The translations under genes and the position numbers were made by a program. A DNA stretch of 64,000 nucleotides from the human T2T-CHM13v2.0 reference genome, Homo sapiens: the NCBI RefSeq assembly GCF_009914755.1, contig NC_060925.1, one strand, 5' to 3'. Shown piece after piece: positions 35,771 to 50,907 of the stretch (positions are counted from its first letter, which is position 1; each line of letters starts with the position of its first letter). Below the pieces are notes generated by a model. The model was given only the letters and a program-made list of their open reading frames with translations. It did no database searches and was not told where the DNA came from.

Positions 35771-37244
35771 CTCCTGACCAGCTATTCTTTTTGACAACTG
35801 ATATAAAACAACAACAGCCACAACAGCTAATGTTTGTCTGGCCTTTCCTGCATCCCAGACACTGAGTGTCCTACCTACTTCAAGTGTATTCATGTAGCGA
35901 ACCCTCAGAATACCCTGAGAAGCATATACTATTCTCATTTTGATAAGAGTAAACTGAGACATAAGGATGAAGAAACTGTCCCAGGCCTCACCAACAGAAA
36001 ACAGCATGGCAGAGTAAGGACTGGAGCCCCATTTGCCTGGCTTCCTCTACCAACCATGGGGAGGCATGCATGTGGCACTGGATTCTCCAGACCCAAGGAC
36101 TCAGCCTGACATCACAAAATTTCATTCATACTCACCACTCTTTAAACACAGAATGTGAACATTACTCATGTGAAGCAAATTCGGAGAATGAGGAAAGCAT
36201 CCATGATAGTCTTAGGGTGTCAGTTTTTTCAAAGGACTCTGGGCAGAGAAAAGGGCTCCTAACTTGCGGAAGGTGTCGAAAACCCAGACATTCTCTGCCC
36301 ATTTCTCGGCTGTTGCCCTGTGACACTATGGTCACGTACACTGAAGTCTCATCACTGCAACAAGGGTTTGCTGTGTTTTATAGTTTCTCACAATGGTGTA
36401 GGTTAGTTTAATTAAACATTATTTTTTGGTGGCTGTTGATGATTTCGTTTTTACTTTAGCTTTAGCAGTTCACTTGTACATTCAGAGCCATCCTAAATGT
36501 TCATAATGCTCTTTGGTTCCCCTTGTATGTGGAGCAAGCAAGGACAGCTGGGGGCGGGCACCCACCACCCCACTGTGACCCTACACAGCAACTATTTTAT
36601 GATCCACACTTTGTATATACAAGAGAATCCAAAATATTTTAAGGAATTCTCTTTGTATGGAAGAGAAGCAGTAGCCAAAGGGTTAAATAATTCTCACCGG
36701 TTTACTATTGAGATATTAAGGTACAACGTCAATTTAAATATAGCAGAAATGTGATAGGCTACTTTAAAAATTGAAAAGAAATAGGCAAATAAGATTCTTT
36801 AAGCTTAGTTTATCGTTGAATTCTACAGAACAATTTATGTTAGGTCCAACTTCGTAACTTTCAGATCTGTGAATCCTGACAAAATGGCAGATGCAGTTGT
36901 CCAGGGAAGAGGGCAGTGAAATGGGTATCAAAGTGTTCATCAAGTGCCGTCCAGGGCACTCCACTCCGCTATCTCCTAGTTCACGTATTTTCCTACTGTC
37001 TCAGCACTGCCCTCAAAGGCAGTGAAAGAGAGCAGTAAGAGTGGTGACCTACATTCTGCCTTTAATCAATGGTAGAAATTAAGTATGATTTGAAATGGTT
37101 TCTGTTTTAACTACTACTGTTTTGAGCAAAGACACAATTGAATATTATTTGAGAACTTTTCATCAAGATCCATAAAACTAAGTTGACCTTCTTATTTCTT
37201 AGGATTGAGTATTGAGAAATTATTTCATGTCATTCAAAATCATT

Positions 37245-37935
37245 CCTCTGATAAGCACTACATTAGCCAGGTGATCAAGGTCAACATCAACAGAGATAAG
37301 TCATATTGATAATTTGTCCCGTTGATGTGATGTGATCCATCATGTTACCTCTGTGGTTTTCCTCCTAAAATCCATAATCCCTATCTTATCGTGAGATAAA
37401 CATAAGAAAAATCCCAACTGAGAAACAGTGTACAAACTACCTGACCAGTCCTCCTCAAAACTGTCAAGATCATCAAAAACTATTAGCATATTGGCATATT
37501 AGTATATATGTTCCTTGGATTTCTTCCAGTATCCACCTCACCCTATATATTTTTTTAAGTTTGCCAGAAACTGTTTCCTTTTAGAATCAGACTAATAATT
37601 TTCAGGCTTAAGGAAAATCTGAGAAATGGTCACAGCCAAAAGGAGCCTACAGAGACAAGACGGCTATTATAATGTAATTTGGTGCCCTGGATGGGAACCT
37701 CAAACAGAAAAAGGGCATTAGGTAAAAAACAAGGAAATCTGAATAAAATGTGGACTTCAATAATAATGTATCAGTATTGGTCCATTAATTGCAACAAATG
37801 TATCATATTGTGACTAATGCTTGAGGTTAATACAGCGAAACTGGGAATGGGGTATACAGACACTCTTAGTACCACTTTCCCAATTTTTCTGTAGATTTAA
37901 AACTACTCTAAAATAAAAGGTTTACTTACAAAAAA
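37245..37935 (+). mobile_element. L1MC/L1MD-type 3'-UTR fragment, interrupted at 37481-37609
   Basis: GTGATCAAGGTCAACATC, CTCAAAACTGTCAAG.TCATCAAAAAC/AAGGAAA.TCTGAGAAA, AAAACT..TCTAAAATAAAA. Confidence 0.7.
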
Positions 37936-38168
37936 TAATCTCCAATAATTTCTACATAACCTGAAGTGGATACCAAATGTCCTCCCTGAATAGTAGCAAC
38001 AGTTAATTGAATAGAATGCATAACAAGCTGTAGCCCTCTTTGGAGTTTGTACTGTAAGGAATCAAGACACATATGTAAAGAGAAAGGAAACATTTACAGA
38101 GGACTTAGTATACTTAGTATACGCTAAAGCCTGCACCAGGCATATTACATACATTGCCCAGTGCACTC

Positions 38169-38475
<307 letters not shown>

Positions 38476-38759
38476 ACCCAGTGCACTCTTTATTAAATCC
38501 AACTGATGTTATTCTGATTATCCGTATTTTGCACAAACACAAAAATACTGCTAACAATTGCTAAGTGCTTCAGGGCCAGATACGGTGCTAAACACTCAGG
38601 GACACTGCATTGTTTCATTCTCTTCCAATCCTGTTTTATTATTTATTCTTCTTTTGCAGATGAAAAACCTATGATTGAGAGAAGTAAGTTTCCCAAGCTC
38701 TCACAGCTTACACATGGTAAGGCTGCATTCAGATATGAACCCTGTATGCATTTGGTTAC

Positions 38760-38920
38760 TCCAATATTTCTCAAAGTGTGATCTGTGATTGCCTCCACCA
38801 TAATGACTTGGGAGTGTGTAAAAATGCAGATTACCGGGTGCTGTCCCAGCCAGTAGAGGGGAGGGGGGAAATCGAGCTCTGCCTCTGGCTTGCTCAGGCG
38901 ATTCCGGGCACACTGCTCTA
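38760..38920. mobile_element. MER5-like hAT-Charlie DNA transposon remnant
   Basis: TTTCTCAAAGTGTG..AAAAATGCAGATT.C.GGG..CAGG.GATTC..CACTGCTCTA. Confidence 0.55.
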
Positions 38921-40809
38921 GTTTTTCACTGTCTCTTGGATATTCTACTGAATTTTGCTTTCTGGGTTATTAGTGGTTACTGTCAGTTACACATATATGG
39001 ACACCTGTGTAAGCAAATTAATATCTTCATTCCCCATTAATATATTGCCATCTCTGATCCTCAAATTGCAAAGTTTCAGTTAGACAGTATCCAACTCCTA
39101 ATCTTTCTAAGCTCTCCCAGACCTATTTTCTTTTAGAATCAAACTAATTTCTTTTGAGCCCAGGGGCTACTGTATCATACCTGTTGCCATGCTATTATTA
39201 TTCATTCTGCATTTAAAATTGAAATACACAGTGTTATGCAAAAACTTTATTTTCATTTCGCTATCTTCTGATTTTAACAACTTGCTCAAAATATGCCACC
39301 TGTGCTCTTAGAAGCACGCAAAAAAGAAAGGTCTGTCAATCACTCTAAGAGCAAAAATTGGCTGAATTTATTAATAGCTACCCTCCACAAATGTGCAAAA
39401 TAGTGCCGTCTGAAAAGCAGTTTGGTTCCTTTCACAGCCCCTTATGAATAAAAATCAGCAGCAAGCTTGAGAATCGTCTCTGTGTCCCAAACCTGGGTTC
39501 CCGATCCTGACCATCTCCTTTCTAAAGCTTTCTATCTACAAATGGGAGGTAATAAATCTGTCTTCTAAATACCCACATGGTTCAGTCAGATTGCAACAAG
39601 AAATATTTTATAGCTACCATATTTTGTTTCTTCATTAGAAGTACTGGAGAAATGCCAACTCAAATCAGAGACTAATCTACTTAGAAATCTGTGTAAGCAA
39701 ATTAATTACTGCAATAAACATAGTTAAATGTCTGACTATGTCTTACAAAAGTGATTTCATACTGTCTCACTATATGACATGCTTGCTCAGATAAAGGAAT
39801 AGCAGCTTGATTGATTCCTCTGGGAACTAAATAATATAACTCCAACCTAGAGCAGTGGCATACGGGCCATAGTAACAGACATTACAAATCCACAAGGATT
39901 ATGCAGCTGTACTTGCCATCCACCTTTACTGGGATGTCCTGCATTATTTCTGAAAGGATATGCAGGAAAGGAATGTTTAACAGCATAGAACACCCCTCCC
40001 CAGAGTCATGCAGAAAAACAGCGACACTGAAGTGCAGTTAGGAGTGAGGAGAGTTGACTGAGGCAGGAGAATGGTGATGTGGCATCTAGGGTGGGCTTGA
40101 ACAAAAAAGCTTCAAAGCTGTACATCTCTCTCACACCACCTAACCCAGATTTCTGACGATAATCACAACAATACATCTCAATACCCTAATTATGCTGCTT
40201 CTACTTATCTTGACATTCAGACTCTAGGATAAAAGAAGATGTATTACATGTAAACCAATTATGGGGAACAGAGGAATTTAACAAGATAGCAATGTATGCC
40301 ATGTGATCGTCCAATTATAAGCTTTTCTTAATTACTATGAGCTAAACAGGAGCTATCACAGATTGAAAAATGGGTCCTAAATCCTGGATATAATTTTTTT
40401 TAAAAGCACAATAGAGGGAAAAATCAAGCTTTCTTTCATTGGGAGGGTTTTCCAGGGCTACAGGAGATTGCCACAACAAAGGAAAGACAGTTGCTTAGCG
40501 AGCTGGGGAGTCTACCTGGCGGTGAACTCGGTACAGAGGCATGTGGCTCAGATGCCTGCAAGGGGCACTGCCTGTCCCATAGCACCTACCCCGTAGGCCA
40601 CCATGGATGAGCAAAGGGGCAGCAGGCTCAGAGGAAAGCACATGGGTGTGTTTCAGAGTTCACAAAATAATGCCAGGGCACCAACAGATCAGCATAGGTG
40701 AGCTCAGAGTCTTTGTTATGAATTAGCTCAAAGTTACAGAGATGAAAAGTAACAATATATGTGAAAATGTGGAATAAAGAGATTAGCTTCATGTAAAAAG
40801 AATAAACGA

Positions 40810-41702
40810 TTCAGGGAAATGCAAGTTAAAACCACAATGAGCTATTACCTCATGCCTGTTATGATAGCTTTAATCAAAAAGACAAAAGATAACAAGTGTT
40901 GGCAAGGATTTGGAGAAAAGGAAACCCTTCTATACTGCTAGGGGGTACAGAAATCGGTACAGCCATTATGGAAAACAGTATGATTTCTCAAAAAGAAAAT
41001 AAAAATAGAATTTTTAATTCTATTTGAATATGATCCAGCAACCCCACTTCTGAATATATATCCAAAGGAAATAAAATCAATATGTCCAAAAGATATACGC
41101 ATCACCATGTTCATTGCAACACTGTTCACAATAGCCAAGACATGGTATCAACCTAAATGTCCATCAACACATGAATGGATAAAGAAGATGTGGTATATAT
41201 ATATATAATAGGAATATCATTCAGCCTAAAAAAAGAAGACCATCCTGTCATTTGCAACAACACTGATGAATCTAGAGGACATTATTAGGTTAAGTGAATT
41301 AAGTCAGGTGCAAAAAGAAATATACTGCAGGATGTCACTTACATGTGGAATCTAAAAAAGTTGAACCCATAGAAAAAGCGAATAGAATGGTGGTTACCAG
41401 GAGGCAGTGGGATGGGGAATGAGGAAAGATTGGCTAAAGGGTACAAAGTTTCAGCTGGACAGGAGGAAGGAATTCTGAAGATCTTCTGTATAGTGTGGTG
41501 ACCATAGTTAATAATAATACACTGTTATACTCAAAAACGGCTAAGAGAGTAGATTTTAAATGTTCTCACCAGAAAAAAAAATGATAACTATATGTGGTTA
41601 TAGATATGTCAAACAGCTTGATTTAATAATTCTACAATGTATACATATATCAAAACATCACCCTGTACCCCATAAGTATATACAATAAATTTTAAAAATA
41701 AG
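40810..41702 (+). mobile_element. L1MA-type 3' end
   Basis: AGGGAAATGCAAGTTAAAACCACAATGAG..ATGAATGGATAAAGAA.ATGTGG..CAAAACATCAC..TGTACCCCATAA. Confidence 0.9.
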
Positions 41703-42247
41703 AATAATCATTCATGCCCATATAATTATATCACTAATAATAAGAGCTAACCTTTATTGAGCAATCTCTATGTGTCAGGTACTGTTATAGCACATTAAAT
41801 GGATTATTTAATCCATGTAGGCATTTCCATTAGACCTATTTACACATAGGGAAACTGAGGCATGAAAAGGCCCAGTATGTTGTTCAGTGTCAAACATTCA
41901 GGTGGAGGAATCAGGACACAAAGACAGGCAGTCTGATGGCAACGTCTGCGGTCTTCCCCCGAGACTGCTCGATCTTTGTTGACTTGAATCCAGTGGGATA
42001 GGAAAGACTCTGCACACACTCTCCACCCACTGCCCCACACCTTCCCCCATACCACCCACACCATGCTCTCAGACTTAGCTGGAAGCTGGCCACCATGCAC
42101 TTATATATATATATATTTGATATTTCTATTTTATATTCAGTATAGAGAGCTAGGTACAGACTTGGCCCTTTGACTAGATTTTGGCTTTTTCCCTGTCTTC
42201 AACACAGACAGACAAGAAAAGCTACTTGCCTGTATTTGGAAACTTAC

Positions 42248-42280
42248 GTGTATTGGTGAGGCGGGGTCAGGCTGAACACT
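42248..42280 (-). CDS. PCNX2: PCNX2 33-nt micro-exon (SVQPDPASPIH)
   Basis: Acceptor TTTGTGTTTTAG|AGT; donor CAC|GTAAGT; supplies the pecanex SVQPD motif between YSLLK and GHN. Confidence 0.93.
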
Positions 42281-42337
42281 CTAAAACACAAATCAGAAGT
42301 GTCTGTGTCATCATCTCATGATTTCAAGGCTACATTA

Positions 42338-42889
<552 letters not shown>

Positions 42890-43989
42890 AGTTTTGCCAT
42901 TTTTAAACAGAATGCCTTCATGTTTCCAAAAAAATGAACCATGACAACACAGTAGTTACCTTAAGCAAGACTTTATTCCCCTGTGAGATTTTAGGGTTTC
43001 TTTCTTTCCTTATTCCTCATGCTATATAAACAAAATCCAACTTAATACCAGATTTTTGTTATTGAAGCAAATAAAATCTCATCCCATTGGATCTGCTTGG
43101 CCACTAAACTGGGTTTACTGGCAAAACGTAGTTAATGATTCCATCCATGACCATGAAATGTGTTTCAGATAAAGAGCTTCACTGGTTCCTTTCAATGGAA
43201 GGGGGTGGTAAGGGGGATGCATTCACACCTGGCCTAAGCAGACAATCATTTCCAGATAAAACTTTTGGTGTCCGAGTTTACTGTCAAATTTCAGGAGCCA
43301 GGAGAGCTCCAGCAGGAGAGTTGAGGGTGAGCTGCAACTTCCTGACAGTGCAGAGGACCTGCCCTGGGGTGTGTCGGGTCCACACTGTCTCACTGGGTGA
43401 CTCTTGTATGGACTCCCCATACAAGGTATAGGGTAGAGAGGTGGGGTCATCCAGAGGTGGAGTGTTATCAGGTGGGTATGCAAAGGACAATGTAAGGCTG
43501 TTTTAGGATAGAGATAGGAAGGGGCTACAGGGCTGGATCATGTAGCCTAGGTAGAATAGGGAGGAAACTGAAGATGGCAAGGGCTGCAAGGTAAGAGAAA
43601 TATGGTGGGGCAAATTGCTGGAGAGGACTGAGGAACATCTGAGGAAGTTAGAGAGAGATACAAAGGATGAGCAGAGACAGGATTATAATGTCAGAGGTGG
43701 AAGACTTCTGTGAGAGGATAAGATGCAGGGTGAGGCCATGGAAGGAAGTGGCAGAAATGGAGTCACAGGGGACGGCATGGACCACAGGGTCAGGGAACAA
43801 GGGGCCTGGGTGTTTGGGTGGGTCATTCGCAAGGATTCTGAGTATACTTCTCACCTTTCCAGTTTTTGCTCATATACCTGTTTTTCTACCCCACTAAGCT
43901 GATATTGTTTTTTAGACAAGAATATTTGGCTACTTTGTGCCTAGCAAGTAGGCAATTGTGAACATTTAAAAAAAAATAATAGGATATGT

Positions 43990-45060
43990 TGTTGAGAGAC
44001 ATTTGTGATTCACAGCAAAACTGAGGGGAAAGTACAGAGTTCCCACATAGCCCCTCCCCACAGACACATGCACACAGCCTCCCCCACCATCAACATCAAC
44101 TGATGAACCAACATTAACACATCATTATCCATCAGTATCACCCAAAGTCCATAGTTTACATCCGAGTTCACTCTTGGTGGTGTACACTGGGTTTTGACAA
44201 ATGTATAATGACATGTCTCCACCAAATGAGAACTCTAGTGAAAGTTCCACTGCCCTAAAAATCTGTGCCCCACCTATTCATCACTCCCCTACCCTAAGCC
44301 CTGGCAACAACTGATCTTTTTATTGTCTCCATAGTTCTGTCTTTTCCAGAGGACCATATAGTTGGAACCATACGGTATGTAGCCTTTGCATATTGGCTCC
44401 TTTCTTTAAGTACTATGCAGTTAACGTTCCTCCATGTCTCTGTGGCTTGGTGCCTCACTTCTTTTTATCTCTTATAGCATCTCATTGTATGAAGATACCA
44501 CAGTTTGTTTATCCATTTGCCTTTTGATGGATATCTTGATTGCTTCTGAGTTTTGGCAATTATAAATAAAGCTGTTACAAACATTCATGTGCAGTGTTTT
44601 GCATGGACGTATGTTTTCAACTCATTTGGGTAAACACCAAGGAGCATGATTGTTAGATCGTGTGGTGAACAATATGTTTAGTTTTATAAGAAACTGCTGA
44701 ATTGTCTTCTAAAGTAGCTGTACCATTTTGCATTCCCACCAGCAGTGAATGAGCGTTCCCGTTGCTCCACATCTTCACCAGCATTTGGTGTTGTCAGTGT
44801 TTTGGATTTTGGCCATTCTAACGGGTGTGTAGTGGTATCTCATTGCTGCTTTAATTTGCAGTTCCCTAAGGACTATTGATGTTGAATGTCTTTTCATATG
44901 CTTATTTGTCATCTGTATATCTTCTTGGTGGGGTGTTTCTTTAGGCCTTAAGCCCATTTTCGGGTTGTTCCTTTTTCTTACTGTTGAGTTTTAAGTGTTC
45001 TTTGTATACTGGATGACAATCCTTCGTTTTTTAAAATATTTTCTTCCATTCTGTGGAACA
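43990..45060 (-). mobile_element. L1MC-type 3' fragment
   Basis: AAAGTACAGAGTTCCCA..CCCAAAGTCCATAGTTTACAT..CATTCCCACCAGCAGTGAATGAG; ORF 44775-44957 is an L1 ORF2 C-terminal remnant ([11 protein letters not shown]). Confidence 0.85.
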
Positions 45061-46429
45061 TTTTTTAACGAATGAAAAAATGAGTGAAAAAGAACCCGAA
45101 TCTAATGCTGACACCTGATGCTTCAATAGCTAACAAAAATGAGAGAAACAGTAAAGAGAAAACATTTGAAGAAATGAACAAATGCATGAATCATTTGATA
45201 GGGACTTTTTATATATAATTTCAGATAGATAGCTATAGAGATGATTGATTGATAGATACGTATACAGATTTCACAGATTCAAAGAAATAGAAAAATAAAT
45301 AACTATAGTAAAATAGGTTTGGAGCTGGGGCTGCCGAGAGGCATAGCCTTGGGCCTCCTAAACAAGGAAGGATGGGAAACTCTGAGGACAACAGCCAGAA
45401 GGAAAACAATGGGTGATTTGGTTGACTGAACTGCAGCTGATATATTACAGAATAATAGAATAGGGTAGAAAGATAACCTAGAAATATATAGAAAGGCTGA
45501 GTATTCAGATAATCATGAGGCTCAAGTTGAATTTTTTTTTTAATCGGGGGAAACCAAAATATATTTGGCAAAAAGGAAATTGTGGGTATCTTTTATTTTC
45601 CACTGTGCACTTTTAATAGTGCTCAATATATTTGGTGTGTTGAGGTCCATGAAATTCATGATCTCATAACATTTTGATGGATACTTAAAAATATCCAAAG
45701 GTCTTTGAAATAAAATTTCAAAGAAAAAAAAAACCTTTTTCTGTTTGGGGAGGGCAAAGAATAAGGTTCCTAAAACATATTTTTCCTCCAAATTCTCCTC
45801 TGCCAGGATTCAATTCCTCTGCCCCCAGGTTCCCAATCCTCTCTCCCTCAGTTTCCTGTTTATCTATCTTTAAATATCGGGTTAAAAAGTTTACTTGCCA
45901 GGCAAAGAGTGACATGACTAAGGCTGTACTTTTGAAAGATTTATCATGCAGAGGTTTACAAAGTGCACTGGATGGGGAAGAGAACAGAGCAAGGATAAAC
46001 AAAACTCCCAGGAGAGGTAATGAGGGCCTGGGAAGCTCACATGGCTGGGGAATAGGAAAGGACCCCTGACTCGAGGACACAACTCAGAGTGAGGCTGACA
46101 GAACTCCAAATGGATTATGGACAACGAAGGACTGATTGAAAGAATAAAGATTACTCCAAGATTTAAAAACCTGAGAAGTAAAGGATCATGGCAGAATCCA
46201 CGGCAGAAATTAGGAAGGGGAGCCAATTTGCAAAGGAAAATTGGTTTCTTCCTTCATGCAGCAAAAGTGCTCCACACTGTTCTAGCTGCTTTGACATCAG
46301 TGAACAAAAGAGATGGGAGCTTCCTTTCCTGTGAGTGGTGCCATAAGTAAGTATCAACAAAAAAGTTCAGTAAAATATACAATATGTAAACATAAATGCA
46401 ACAGAAAAAAGAATAGAACCAGGCGAGAG

Positions 46430-47790
46430 AAAAGGTGAGGGAGTTGGCACTGCAAACATCTGGGAGACGAATGTTCCATGCGCAGGAACTGCCAGTACAA
46501 AGGTCTTAAGCTGGAGGATTGCCTGGCATGCTTGAAAGACAAAAGGAAGGCCAGTATGGATGGAGAAAAGTCCACAGGGATAGTGGGAGATCAGGCCAGA
46601 AAACAAATTAGTGGCTACAGCATGGGGGACTTGAGGGCATTGTGAGCACTTTGATTTTCATTCTGAGTGAAATGGGGAGCCATTGCTGGGCAGTCGGTAA
46701 AGCAGTGACGTTGAAAAGACATATTGTGTTGGGTTAAGAATAGTGTACAGGGGCTGAGCATGATGGGCACCTGTGATCCCAGCTACTTGGGAGGCTGGGG
46801 CAGGAGGATTGCTTGAGCCCAGGAGTTTGTGACCAGCCTAGGCAACAGTCTAGGCAAATGAGTCTAGCAATGTGAGAAGTTAAAAAAAAATACTATACAA
46901 AGAGAATGAATGGATAGAAGCAGGGAAGATGCTATTGCAGTAACCAGATGAGAGATGAAATGGCTCAGACCAGGTGGTCACATTGACACTGGAAAGATGC
47001 AATAGATACACGTGGAAGGAACAGCGAAAATAACTTCCTACAAGAGACTGAATGCAGGTGTGAAAGGAAAGACGACTCAAGGACGACTCCAAGATATTTA
47101 AGCAGAGAAACCAGAAGGATGGAGTTTTCATCACCTGAGATGGGGAAGACCACAAGTGGAGCAGGCTTGGGTGAGGCTGAGATGAAGAGCTCAGTCTTGG
47201 ATGTGAGATGTCATCCTGATATCATGAGATGTCAATTTGGTAGTTAGATATGCAAGTCTGGAATTCAGGAGATGAGTCCAAGTTGGTGATATAAATCCGA
47301 GTGTCACTGGCATATTAAAAGCCATGAGACTGAATGCCATCACCAAAGAAAGGAGGGCAGATAGAGAAAGAATGAAGACCAAGAGCTTTGCAGCCACTGG
47401 GGACTTCAACATTAAAGGGTCAGGAGGCAGAAAAACCTGTAAATCTTCCCTTCCTATGTAGCAGTGACCAACAAGGCAGAAGGAAAACCAAGAGAATGCT
47501 GAGTCCTGGAAACCAAGAGAACCTCTACCAGGCAGTAGGAGAAATTAACTCTGTCAAATACTCCAAATGAGTCTAGTAACGTGAGAAGAAAAAGATGGAA
47601 TCAACGGTGACCCTGACAAGGGCAGGTTCAACGGAGTTTTAGGGTTGGGGGAGCCTGAATGGGACAGGATTATTAGAGAATGAAAGGAGCAAATGGAAAC
47701 AAACACAGGCAACCCTTCAAGGAGTTTTGCTGCAAAGAGGAGCAGAGAAACAGGACAGTGGCTGGTAAAAAAGTGGGGTAAGACAGGATT
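46430..47790 (-). mobile_element. L2 fragment interrupted by a FLAM (about 46752-46890)
   Basis: TCTGAGTGAAATGGGGAGCCATTG, GACTCCAAG, TGAGATGGGGAAGAC, TTAAAAGCCATGAGACTG, GGTGACCCTGACAAG. Confidence 0.8.
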
Positions 47791-47794
47791 TTTT

Positions 47795-48093
47795 AAAAAA
47801 TACTTTAAGTTCTGGGATACATGTGCAGAACGTGCAGGTTTTTTACATAGGTATACATGTGCCATGGTGGTTTGCTGCACCCATCAACCCGTCATCTAGG
47901 TTTTCAGCCCCGCGTGCATTAGCTATTTGTCCGAATGCTCTCCCTGCCCTTGTCCCCCACCCCCTGACAGGCCCCGGTGTGTGATGTTTGCCTCTCTGTG
48001 TCCATGTGTTCTCATTGTTCAACTCCCACTTATGAGAGAGAACATGCGGTGTTTGGTTTTCTGTTCCTGTGTTAGTTTGCTGAGAATGATGGT
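47795..48093 (-). mobile_element. 5'-truncated L1PA (about 300 bp)
   Basis: L1PA 3'-UTR; 15-bp TSD TAAGACAGGATTTTT (47779, 48096). Confidence 0.93.
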
Positions 48094-49163
48094 TTTAAGA
48101 CAGGATTTTTAAGGATGAGAGCTATAAGTGTGTGTTCTCATGGTAACTGATGACAATTAGTTTAGTTTGAGAAGCATGAATGATTTCCTCTTTACTTGTC
48201 ATATAGCTAGCTACCTCTCATTTTATATCTCAGTTCGTGTGTATCTTCCCCAGAAAAGCCTTTGCCAACCACCAGTTCGAACATCAGTGCCCTTCCCTCT
48301 CAGGTCTCTCTATCTCAGGCCTTTATGTGCTTCCTTCATGGCACCTATTACAGTTTTCTCTCCTCTCCCAGAAAGTAAGTTCCATAAGGGCAGAGACAAT
48401 GGCTGTTTTATTTATCACTCCATACCCAGTGCCCAGTACAGATCCTAGCACGGAACAGGTGCTTTGGTTCATATTTGTTGAATGAATGAAATGTTGAAAT
48501 AATGCACAGAAGGGCAACTTCTTATTTCAGATGCTGACCTGATCGACTAGATAAATGAAAATAAACCCTCAGTGTTTTGAAGGAAAGGGTAATGGCAAGA
48601 TATGAAATCAGAGAATATAAGTAAGGAGAATAGGACAAGTCCAGAAACATCTGAGTAGAATAGGTGGAGAACTGCAGGCAAATAGCTGGAACTGCAACGG
48701 CAGGAACCATGAAACTACTGCCCAAAGACTAAGAAAACATTTTTAAGGAAGAACAGCCTGACTCTTTTGAAGAATGTCATGCAGGATGACTTAATCTATG
48801 GGAGTTTATAGCAATGATTACTGCAATTTTAGTGCTTGTTACCCACTGCTTTCTTCCGCTTCCTGCCTAGCTCTTACAGTTTGTTTTTATTATGCATATT
48901 ATGCATTTTTACCCAGCTTCCCCAATGATTCCGACCCACAGCCCTGTTTGGGGATTATGCTCTCCTTGCAAAGGTCCCAAACAGCTCAGTTTTTCTAGGT
49001 CAGTATTTTGGGTTTCTTCCTCCTTCCTCACTGTGAGCTGTGAGTTCATGTAGTCCCTTTCCTTATTTTAATTGACTCTAAATTATAAAACCAGATCACC
49101 AATCCTGCTAACTGATGACTTTTGGTAGGCTTATATGGCTCTGAATTAAAAGTGACGTTGCCT

Positions 49164-49444
49164 CATTCTCAGCAAACTAACACAGGAACAGAAAACCAAA
49201 CACCACATATTCTCACTCGTAAGTGGGAGTTGAACAATGAGAACATATAGACACAGGGAGGAGAACATCACACACCGGGGCCTGTCAGGGTTTGGGGGGC
49301 AAGGGGAGGGAGAGCATCAGAACAAATACCTAATGAATGTGGGGCTTAAAACCTAGATGACGAGTTGATAGGTGCAGCAAACCACCACGGCACATGTATA
49401 CCTGTGTAACAAACCTGCACGTTCTGCACATGTATCCCAGAACT

Positions 49445-49476
<32 letters not shown>
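49164..49476 (+). mobile_element. 5'-truncated L1PA (about 290 bp plus poly-A)
   Basis: CATTCTCAGCAAACTAACACAGGAACAG..CCCAGAACTAAAGT-An. Confidence 0.93.
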
Positions 49477-50466
49477 TGTTATGTTACCTATGAACTAACA
49501 GTCTAAATTTTAGTGTCTGGATTTGACAACATCTACTTTGGCTAGCCTAATTTTATTTATTTTTAATTTTTCTTCTTTCTGGGAGCTGGGCCACATTCCA
49601 AGTAATAATAATAATAATAGGAGCAACTAATATTTAAAGAACTCTTTCAATGACTAAATTGATTTAATCTTTACAACCTCCCTGTGTATAGATTATACCC
49701 ATTTAACAGATAGGAAACGGACGCACTGGAAGGTTTCATAGCCATCCTAAGATCATAGCACTAATAAGTAGTAGGGACCAGGTTTAATTCCCAAGGCTGA
49801 CTCGAGTCCAGGGATTCCCCAACCAGCTGAAGGATCTATGGATAAGGGAATGGTGCTATTTCTAGGTCATCCCTAAGCACAACATTTAAAAACCCATTGT
49901 AACTTGCCAGAAAGGTGATTAAAATAATGAAAACATAAGCTTTTAAAAAGTGCGGTCATCCTCATCATCCTTCCTAGACTTCCAATGGATTTCCAATTAA
50001 TTTTTTGTCACCAAGTAGATTTTAAAATAACAGACAAATCTATAGATACATTTATTTTTGTTTTGACATGAAGGGTTAATGCAAGCTAGTCCAACTTTCA
50101 ATAATTTCTTTTTAACAGAAAATAATTAATATTTCAAAAATGCCTCATTTACCAGAATATACTATCTTGGATTTTTAGTTAAGTATTAAATGTTCCTTCT
50201 AAGTGTGTGCCCCTTGGGTAACATAGTGTTGTTAGGAAAACCATTATAACTCCATTCCCTGACTTGTGGGTCCTGAAATTTACTGTTGTAATTTTGCATG
50301 ACTATAGTTTTTTTCATATGTGATCACACTATTTAAGACATTACTATAAAAACCAGTCACTGGGGGACCAATGACAACAAGACAGGCAACCAGTTTTTCC
50401 ACTGCCCCCAAGAGCTGGCATTAAACTGTGAAACTCAGCAATTGCTTATGGCAGCATTAGTAATAG

Positions 50467-50907
<441 letters not shown>

